IMG/VR virus record: IMGVR_UViG_3300014205_000077
Span: 1 to 45,544 of that record
DNA: 45,544 nt
Strand: one strand, 5' to 3'
Source: a virus
Under the pieces are notes generated by a model. That model searched no databases, was not told the origin of the DNA, and worked only from the letters and a program-made list of their open reading frames with translations. A program made the position numbers and the translations under genes. Of this stretch, positions 8,970 to 14,924 are shown piece by piece. Each line of letters opens with the position of its first letter. Positions within the stretch are counted from its first letter, which is position 1.

Positions 8970-9160
8970 TCTATCTCCAGTATTTCTTCCCTTCTATCCA
9001 TATTGGCAACAACTGAAATAAATGCCGACTGTTTTATATTCCATTTATAAATACATAACTTACCTTTTCCCTCTATTTTTTTTACAATGCTAATAATTTT
9101 TATATCTCCAACATTAATTCTTATTATCTCATTATCTATTCTTTCTAATATTATATTCAT
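8966..9160 (-). CDS. small all-beta paralog family member (64 aa)
   Basis: GKGKLCIYKW motif; ends LEIE; ATGA coupling. Confidence 0.6.
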   Translation of the reverse strand: MNIILERIDNEIIRINVGDIKIISIVKKIEGKGKLCIYKWNIKQSAFISVVANMDRREEILEIE

Positions 9161-9336
9161 TTTATTGTTTCTATTTTACGTATTTTATTCTTATTGATAT
9201 TCTCCATACGATATAAATAATATTTATATAAACTTATCTTGTTTTTATCATATGTCTGTAGAAATCCAACTACAAGTTGCTTATCTAACTTAATTGCAAC
9301 TTCACGCTCATCATATATTTCTATTGTTATTTTCAT
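9157..9336 (-). CDS. small all-beta paralog family member (59 aa, below the ORF-track cut-off)
   Basis: My translation MKITIEIYDEREVAIKLDKQLVVGFLQTYDKNKISLYKYYLYRMENINKNKIRKIETIK. Confidence 0.55.
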   Translation of the reverse strand: MKITIEIYDEREVAIKLDKQLVVGFLQTYDKNKISLYKYYLYRMENINKNKIRKIETIK

Positions 9337-9343
9337 ATATTCC

Positions 9344-9592
9344 TTACATTAAACTTAATTGCTGTGGTGGTTTCTTTACCCATATATATTTGTGTCTATC
9401 AACTGTTCCATCTTCTTTTTTCGGATGTTCTATAATCTTACTCTCACAAAGAATTCTTGCCTTTCTTGTGGCAGTCCCGCCCATCATACCACCAAAACCA
9501 ATTCCCCATTTCTCAATATCCCAAGTTGCCATCTCTCCACCATTGCATATTTCTTCTTCTATATACTTCCTAACCTTTTCTAATTGTGTCAT
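9344..9592 (-). CDS. hypothetical protein (82 aa), possibly a winged-helix protein
   Basis: ORF within the array; no family motif. Confidence 0.5.
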   Translation of the reverse strand: MTQLEKVRKYIEEEICNGGEMATWDIEKWGIGFGGMMGGTATRKARILCESKIIEHPKKEDGTVDRHKYIWVKKPPQQLSLM

Positions 9593-9600
9593 TCCTCCCC

Positions 9601-9798
9601 CTAATCTATCTCTTGTATTGCGTTTCTTATTATCATATATACAATATTGGCATCATCAACATTTACACTTCCAATAAATCCATTGTCTGACTTTCGGAAT
9701 TGGAATACCCTACAATTATCTACTCTAACTTCTCGTATCCAAAAGATTGCATAAGCCCTATCTTCATTGTATCTCCTCCATACCTTCAAAATAGCCAT
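9601..9798 (-). CDS. small paralog family member, start uncertain (possible frameshift relative to the coupled ATG at 9767)
   Basis: SDNGFIGSV motif; ends IQEID; canonical coupled ATG 9765-9767 opens only a 15-codon frame. Confidence 0.4.
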   Translation of the reverse strand: MAILKVWRRYNEDRAYAIFWIREVRVDNCRVFQFRKSDNGFIGSVNVDDANIVYMIIRNAIQEID

Positions 9799-9976
9799 CT
9801 GCTTCTATATCACGATTCTCTTCTGTATTAGTAAAAACGCAATCGCATAAATCGTATTTCCATAGTCCAATCTTTTTCTTTGTAATATTCAAACTAAAAA
9901 GACTTACATCTTCTTCCTCTTCGTGAATTGCTTTACAACAAATCGTTCCCAATTCTACTATCAGTTTTATTTTCAT
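9764..9976 (-). CDS. small all-beta paralog family member (70 aa)
   Basis: MKIKL start; KKKIGLWKY motif. Confidence 0.55.
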   Translation of the reverse strand: MKIKLIVELGTICCKAIHEEEEDVSLFSLNITKKKIGLWKYDLCDCVFTNTEENRDIEADGYFEGMEEIQ

Positions 9977-10182
9977 TCTATTATTCTTGGTTTTGTGCCC
10001 TTTCCCATATTAAACAATCTGGTAAATTGGTTAGTCCACATTTTCATTACAATCTTATTGTTTATAATCCTAAAATCAACAACAGCCCAATGGGAAGTGT
10101 CTATCCCCACTTTATCATATAGTCTCAACCGAATACATCCTTCGCTTTTTATCAAATCTTCTAATCCAAATTTACATTTCAT
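9973..10182 (-). CDS. small all-beta paralog family member (69 aa)
   Basis: INNKIVMKMW motif; ends RIIE; ATGA coupling. Confidence 0.6.
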   Translation of the reverse strand: MKCKFGLEDLIKSEGCIRLRLYDKVGIDTSHWAVVDFRIINNKIVMKMWTNQFTRLFNMGKGTKPRIIE

Positions 10183-10183
10183 T

Positions 10184-10366
10184 TTATTCTATTTCCTTTA
10201 GGCTGTGATTTGTCCCCGTTGTATTACACATATCTTCATTTTGCCAATCCCAATAGTGCAAAACTATTTTGTCATTGCACATAAAAAATTCAAACAGAAT
10301 ATAATCCATATATCTAACTTCTAACTTTTTCTCTGATGAGAATCGTTGGGTTATATATATCTTCAT
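10184..10366 (-). CDS. small all-beta paralog family member (60 aa)
   Basis: MKIYI start; CNDKIVLHYW motif; ends KEIE. Confidence 0.6.
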   Translation of the reverse strand: MKIYITQRFSSEKKLEVRYMDYILFEFFMCNDKIVLHYWDWQNEDMCNTTGTNHSLKEIE

Positions 10367-10367
10367 T

Positions 10368-10625
10368 TTACAAGTCCTTTATTTTACCACCTTCAATCGT
10401 CTCAAACACTTTTGGATTTAAGTTTTTCATCTTCCTTAAAGATAATTTCCCATTATCCATTACTTGCAACTGTATCACTTTGTTGAATGGCTCGTCAGTC
10501 CCTTTCTCTTTACAACTTATCGTAACCAAATTGCCACCATCAGTTGACTCTGCTATAAATTCAAAATCCCCTATTGTGGCGGAGTCCCCCTCGCCACTAT
10601 CAACTTCTCTAATTTCTTCATCCAT
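10368..10625 (-). CDS. paralog family member with acidic N-terminal extension and a Gly-Gly five residues before the C-terminus (85 aa)
   Basis: MDNGKLSLRKM family motif; ...FETIEGGKIKDL end; RBS AAGGGGGAATAAA-ATG directly after the JAB gene. Confidence 0.6.
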   Translation of the reverse strand: MDEEIREVDSGEGDSATIGDFEFIAESTDGGNLVTISCKEKGTDEPFNKVIQLQVMDNGKLSLRKMKNLNPKVFETIEGGKIKDL

Positions 10626-10645
10626 TTTATTCCCCCTTTTTAAGG

Positions 10646-11515
10646 TTAATATCCATCTCTTCCATACTGTTTATTAAACAAATCCTCTTGTTGATTCAAC
10701 AAATCCTCTTGTTGATTCAACAAATCCTCTTGTTGATTCAACAAATCTTCTGCCGCCTTATCACTGTTCCATTCCCTTATTGCCAAGTCAATCTTTGCGT
10801 CTTTATCTGTCTTTGGCGACTTACTATCCTTTCTAATCCAAATTCCCGATGCTGGGTAGTATTGGTAATTATCAAACAAATACTGTTTGGTTTCGGCATC
10901 CAATAACGCAGAAAGGAATTGCTCTGGTCTATCTTTTGTTAATTTAGGTTTATCATAGGCAACCGTAGATGGTGCAGTATAAACGTGGTCTCGTATATTC
11001 CTTTCTATAGCATTAAATATATCTGCTGGTATTTCTATAGGAGTTTCAATCGTTGCCTTTACCATAAAGTAAAGGCTATCAGAGACTTTCAATCTCAACC
11101 TATTGTCTATTATATTCCCATCTGGGTCTAATAGAATAGAGCAATCGTAATTCTTGTTAATACTTTCGTGGTCATCTACACTAAAGGAACTTACCGAAGA
11201 TGGATGTCTATGAAAAAACACATTCCATTCTGAACTTGGGTGGTCTATAATATCCACCGAAGCATACTTCACTTCTTGGGTAGGAACTAATATCTCCTGC
11301 TTTAATTCAAATCCCTTATTGGTCGTAACTCCCTTGCAAACAAAGGCGAATTCATCACCTTTATGTTTCTCATTTACCTTTATGCACATATTCTTAATGA
11401 GACTTTGGAAATCCTGTGCAATTCTAATAACAGGTTCTTTCACATTCACCCCATTATCCCAACGAGTAAGGTTGTCTTGAGAATTGGGATTCTTCCCCCA
11501 ATTATGTTTTCCCAT
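10646..11515 (-). CDS. JAB/MPN (JAMM) metallopeptidase, deubiquitinase-like, with C-terminal heptad repeats
   Basis: Exact JAMM motif H-x-H-x7-S-x2-D in FHRHPSSVSSFSVDD (codons at 11171-11212); RBS TAAGGAGGAAGA-ATG; C-terminal EDLLNQQ x3. Confidence 0.85.
   Translation of the reverse strand: MGKHNWGKNPNSQDNLTRWDNGVNVKEPVIRIAQDFQSLIKNMCIKVNEKHKGDEFAFVCKGVTTNKGFELKQEILVPTQEVKYASVDIIDHPSSEWNVFFHRHPSSVSSFSVDDHESINKNYDCSILLDPDGNIIDNRLRLKVSDSLYFMVKATIETPIEIPADIFNAIERNIRDHVYTAPSTVAYDKPKLTKDRPEQFLSALLDAETKQYLFDNYQYYPASGIWIRKDSKSPKTDKDAKIDLAIREWNSDKAAEDLLNQQEDLLNQQEDLLNQQEDLFNKQYGRDGY
10679..10752. repeat. 21-bp tandem repeat x about 3.5 (caaatcctcttgttgattcaa) encoding EDLLNQQ heptads in the JAB C-terminus
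   Basis: Three perfect copies at 10679-10741 plus a diverged partial copy. Confidence 0.9.
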
Positions 11516-11524
11516 TCTTCCTCC

Positions 11525-12742
11525 TTACCAAACATCTTTTGTAGCTTTCAAATCGTTAATAAGCTTTCGTAAATCCTTACATAAACTATTATCTATTTTG
11601 TAGTAAGCAGAATCAAAATTTATAATCTCTAATAGAGTTTGTATCTTAGTTACAAATTCTACTATTGTGCATTGTGCCATATCTCCCAAACAAATATCTC
11701 CATTCTCTTCTGTATGATAATTTCTAATGTTCGGGTGTGGAAATTCGCCCTTCAATCGTGCCAATGCACAATCAATCTTCCCACTATCTCCAATATGCCC
11801 AGAGATATCATATACTTCTCTCTTCTTTCCCATTTCATCTGGGATTGGATAGTATTTTCCCTCATACACACATTTCCTGGGAATAATATTCATTTCCAAT
11901 CCCAACGTATTATCTGAAAGAGTAACCTTATACCTATCCTTTATTGACATTGCATCTGTAAACCCCTTTGCAAAAACTTTATGTTCATTCCTTTTCGTTT
12001 CTTCCAATTCTCTATTCATAATTTCTAATTTTGAGATTATCTGTCTTTCCTTTATACTAAAAAGAGTATTCATTGTGTTTTTGTATTGGGCTATCTGTTT
12101 GTTATAGATTTCCCTATAAACCAATCCAATAGCATTTTCTTCGGAAGAGGAAATTTCTTTCATCGTAGTTTCTATCTCATACCATTTCCCCTTTACATTC
12201 ACTGTAGGTTTTGACATCAACACGGACAAGGTATTCTCTTGGCTATCACCCACTACATTCAAACTACCTGTATGCAAGAAAGAACTTCCAAAATTAGAAA
12301 CGCATTCCATTATAACAGATTCGCAATCTTGCAAGAAGTTATCCCTATATTTGAATTCATTCCAGAACTTCTTAAATCCATCACAATGGATGCCAAAGTT
12401 TCCATCTTTGGCGTGATATGTTTTCCCTGTATCGTCAAATTCAATATTCCACAGTTTCTTTAATTTGCTATAGAAAACTGAATGCCTAATTCTACCAGCT
12501 ATTACTTCATCTTTGAACCCTTTTTTTATCCCGTCTTTGTCAAAGATTCCGTATAGCGTTTTATCTTTAAGTTTCTCAAGGAACAATTCTTCCTTAATTT
12601 CCTTCTCCGTTTTCACTGTCGGAACTATCGCTTCCTCCGATGTTGACAAAGGCACTGCTGGGGTCTCCGACACCGATGGATTTAACTCCACCATTCCCGA
12701 TTGTGGGGTTGGATTCGTTGTGTCTTGCGTTATAGGTTGCAT
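11525..12742 (-). CDS. E2 (UBC-like) ubiquitin-conjugating-enzyme-like protein with a roughly 270-aa N-terminal extension
   Basis: FPHPNIRNYHTEENGDICLGD (HPN 11729-11737; Cys codon 11690-11692) followed by FVTKIQTLLEIINFDSAYY; GGAGG RBS favours ATG 12742 over GTG 12751. Confidence 0.8.
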   Translation of the reverse strand: MQPITQDTTNPTPQSGMVELNPSVSETPAVPLSTSEEAIVPTVKTEKEIKEELFLEKLKDKTLYGIFDKDGIKKGFKDEVIAGRIRHSVFYSKLKKLWNIEFDDTGKTYHAKDGNFGIHCDGFKKFWNEFKYRDNFLQDCESVIMECVSNFGSSFLHTGSLNVVGDSQENTLSVLMSKPTVNVKGKWYEIETTMKEISSSEENAIGLVYREIYNKQIAQYKNTMNTLFSIKERQIISKLEIMNRELEETKRNEHKVFAKGFTDAMSIKDRYKVTLSDNTLGLEMNIIPRKCVYEGKYYPIPDEMGKKREVYDISGHIGDSGKIDCALARLKGEFPHPNIRNYHTEENGDICLGDMAQCTIVEFVTKIQTLLEIINFDSAYYKIDNSLCKDLRKLINDLKATKDVW

Positions 12743-13475
12743 CTTCTTCACCTCCTATCTCTTCTACGATTGGCTTTTCTACTTTTATCGTTTTTATCAC
12801 TTTCGGTTTCTTTATCTTTTTTACTTCTCCAAACATCTTATTAAGCAAATCCACTACATCAATAGTAATTCTTGCAGTTGGATTATATGATTTGCTTTTC
12901 TTCACATCTTCTCGGAACAATACATTCATACACAACATCCAAGCGTTAAGTATCTGGGGCATTAAAAAAGCACCATCTGTATAACTAACAGATTCTCCCC
13001 ATACTGCTTCCATATTTGGATTCATCCAACCGCTAACACTCCTTCCGTTATTCCCAATATGTAATGGGAACGCTTCTTTCAATACGGGAAGATGCACATC
13101 CCTACAATCCAAGAAAACTATATTTGGATTTTTCTTGTCATCTAAAAACACCTTCTGCAACTCCTCATACTTGGCATCCCATTGTTCTACAGCCATATAA
13201 TCCATTCTATAGCTTAATAGGATTTCTGCCAAAGCTTGCACCTTTTTCTTACCAATATCTTCCAATCGGTAAGGACTTCTATTCAAATTAACTGCCTCCA
13301 CTGAATCAAAATCCACAAGAACTATCTTGCGACATCCTGACAGTGCGAGGAAAAGGGACACCCAACTCCCAACTCCACCACATCCTATGATTACAGCTTT
13401 TTCTGGTATCTGCAACCCTTTTATACTTAATTGCCTATCATATATATTCATAGGCAATTCTGTTATTCCATCCAT
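12594..13475 (-). CDS. E1-like (ThiF/MoeB/UBA family) adenylyltransferase
   Basis: IYDRQL, GCGGVGS nucleotide-binding loop, VLVDFDSVEAVNLNRS, LDCRD; Lys-rich then acidic tail overlaps the E2 start. Confidence 0.85.
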   Translation of the reverse strand: MDGITELPMNIYDRQLSIKGLQIPEKAVIIGCGGVGSWVSLFLALSGCRKIVLVDFDSVEAVNLNRSPYRLEDIGKKKVQALAEILLSYRMDYMAVEQWDAKYEELQKVFLDDKKNPNIVFLDCRDVHLPVLKEAFPLHIGNNGRSVSGWMNPNMEAVWGESVSYTDGAFLMPQILNAWMLCMNVLFREDVKKSKSYNPTARITIDVVDLLNKMFGEVKKIKKPKVIKTIKVEKPIVEEIGGEEDATYNARHNESNPTIGNGGVKSIGVGDPSSAFVNIGGSDSSDSENGEGN

Positions 13476-13490
13476 TTTTCTCTCACCCCC

Positions 13491-13679
13491 TTAATCTATT
13501 TGTTTCATCTCTTTGTATCCTCCGACAACATTACTATATTTTGTATTCAATTCGTAATGCTTTTTCATTACTATTTTATAGTTACCATTCCTTTCAAAAT
13601 GCACAATAAATGGATTCATTACTCCTTCAATAAAAACTTGAATTGTATTCCCTCCAATTTTTTTAATAGATATTTTCAT
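13491..13679 (-). CDS. small all-beta paralog family member (62 aa)
   Basis: MKISI start; NGNYKIVMKK motif; ...NVVGGYKEMKQID end. Confidence 0.6.
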   Translation of the reverse strand: MKISIKKIGGNTIQVFIEGVMNPFIVHFERNGNYKIVMKKHYELNTKYSNVVGGYKEMKQID

Positions 13680-13680
13680 T

Positions 13681-13863
13681 TTATTCTACCTCTTCTATTT
13701 GTCCATCATTGTTATTGCAAGAATTTTTATTCACAAAAAAATATTTATGGATACATATCTTCCCATTTGCAATGTAAAAATAAATTATCATTGTATTAAA
13801 TTTCATATCGTTCCCAAAAAGTGTAACATCAAGGCGTTCGCTTCCTTGCAATTTTATTTTCAT
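13681..13863 (-). CDS. small all-beta paralog family member (60 aa from coupled ATG 13863)
   Basis: MKIKLQ start overlaps the upstream stop (ATGA); ANGKICIHKY motif; ends IEEVE. Confidence 0.6.
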   Translation of the reverse strand: MKIKLQGSERLDVTLFGNDMKFNTMIIYFYIANGKICIHKYFFVNKNSCNNNDGQIEEVE

Positions 13864-14072
13864 TCTATTGTTTTTATATCGCAATCATAATCATTGTCAA
13901 AATTTATATATTCACCATTACATCCTTGATTTTTATACAACACAATCTTTCGTTTTAGAATTCTAAAAAATGCTATATTCCCACAATGGATATGTTTTCC
14001 ATTTTCTATTAAATGTATTTGATAGTCTTTTATCTGATGGCATTCTATTTCTTTTACTTCTATTTTAATCAT
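13860..14072 (-). CDS. small all-beta paralog family member (70 aa)
   Basis: KRKIVLYKN motif; ends KTIE. Confidence 0.6.
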   Translation of the reverse strand: MIKIEVKEIECHQIKDYQIHLIENGKHIHCGNIAFFRILKRKIVLYKNQGCNGEYINFDNDYDCDIKTIE

Positions 14073-14073
14073 A

Positions 14074-14277
14074 TTAATCTATTTCCTTCAAATTCCCACC
14101 TTTTACATAAAGAGAGTTTATTCCTGTTTCTTTTTTTAATATTATTTTATTATTCCTCTTTTTGAACATCACTAAATGTCCATTCCCAATGTTTCTTTTA
14201 TCTATAAATATAGCAACTGATATCCCACCATATACGTAATTTGATTTATTGTCAAATACTTTTATTTCTATTTTCAT
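14074..14277 (-). CDS. small all-beta paralog family member (67 aa)
   Basis: MKIEIK start; RNNKIILKK motif; ...YVKGGNLKEID end. Confidence 0.6.
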   Translation of the reverse strand: MKIEIKVFDNKSNYVYGGISVAIFIDKRNIGNGHLVMFKKRNNKIILKKETGINSLYVKGGNLKEID

Positions 14278-14377
14278 ATTAGTTAAAGGAATCCGCAGTC
14301 TGGCACAATCTTTTTATCTGCGGTTTAGGCAAAGGAGGTGAATCCGTATAGCCCCGCCAGCGATTCCCATTACTTAT

Positions 14378-14671
14378 TTATCCTTTCTTTGGCACTTCTA
14401 AACGATTTATATAAATCGTCTGTGCGGTGGTTAAGGGGAAAATTGAAGGCATCATATCTCTACCTGCACTGTCCTGTATCGTTGAAGTTGCAAAACTCGC
14501 ATCCTTTGCAATCTTCCTTACAGTATTCGCAGTAAGAGGACATTTCTCTTCAATCCTCTTATTCCCTGGGAGGACTATCGTTACATACTCATCTTTCTTT
14601 ACTATTTTCTTTGCAACTGCTTTTTTTGCAACTATCTTTTTAGTTGCCGATTTTTTCGTTACTTTTTTCAT
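14378..14671 (-). CDS. Lys-rich N-terminal tail fused to a putative beta-grasp (ubiquitin/ThiS/MoaD-like) domain ending in a terminal Gly
   Basis: KKVTKKSATKKIVAKKAVAKKIVKK tail; then a beta-beta-alpha-beta-beta pattern (YVTIVLPG / RIEEKC / TANTVRKIAKDA / TSTIQD / TIYINRLE); last codon GGA (14381-14383) before TAA. Confidence 0.45.
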   Translation of the reverse strand: MKKVTKKSATKKIVAKKAVAKKIVKKDEYVTIVLPGNKRIEEKCPLTANTVRKIAKDASFATSTIQDSAGRDMMPSIFPLTTAQTIYINRLEVPKKG

Positions 14672-14904
14672 CTAACATTCCCTGCCATATTGGTTTTATC
14701 CTTTGGTTTATCCAAAGAAATGTCAATATGACTATTATTCTCTTTTCTAAATCTACCACCGCATATTTCACATACGATTGGCAATTCCCTATCCGAGTAG
14801 TGCAATGCTATCACCTGTTGCTCGGTCAACCCTTTATCCCTTACGAGGGACTGATTCTTCTGAACAATAGAGCAATCTCTACGTTCAGAATTTGAACATT
14901 TCAT
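14668..14904 (-). CDS. hypothetical protein (78 aa)
   Basis: RBS GGAGGTAGG-ATG; ATGA coupling to the downstream gene. Confidence 0.55.
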   Translation of the reverse strand: MKCSNSERRDCSIVQKNQSLVRDKGLTEQQVIALHYSDRELPIVCEICGGRFRKENNSHIDISLDKPKDKTNMAGNVR

Positions 14905-14924
14905 CCTACCTCCTTTGTTATAAA

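Noticed and set aside
12594-13475. The E1 tail segment ...KPIVEEIGG could be a fused ubiquitin-like domain.
   Set aside because: The region after the adenylation domain is too short and too low in complexity to form a beta-grasp fold. The GG is most likely incidental.
9294-13799. Plus-strand ORFs of 110-127 aa, antisense to the leftward genes (9294-9677, 10336-10677, 12513-12890, 13431-13799; also 16276-16644).
   Set aside because: They are Phe/Leu/Ile/Ser-rich shadow frames of AT-rich coding sequence. They lack SD sites and each overlaps several well-supported minus-strand genes.
14278-14377. The 100-nt intergenic gap holds a CCGCAG...CTGCGG hairpin and a perfect plus-strand SD (AAAGGAGGTG) leading into ORF 14338-14535.
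   Set aside because: The stem is only 6 bp with a 19-nt loop and no U-tract. The GTG abuts the SD with no spacer, and the 65-aa ORF is antisense to the better-supported gene 14378-14671. The minus-strand CACCUCCUUU anti-SD-like sequence is noted, but I cannot support a function for it.
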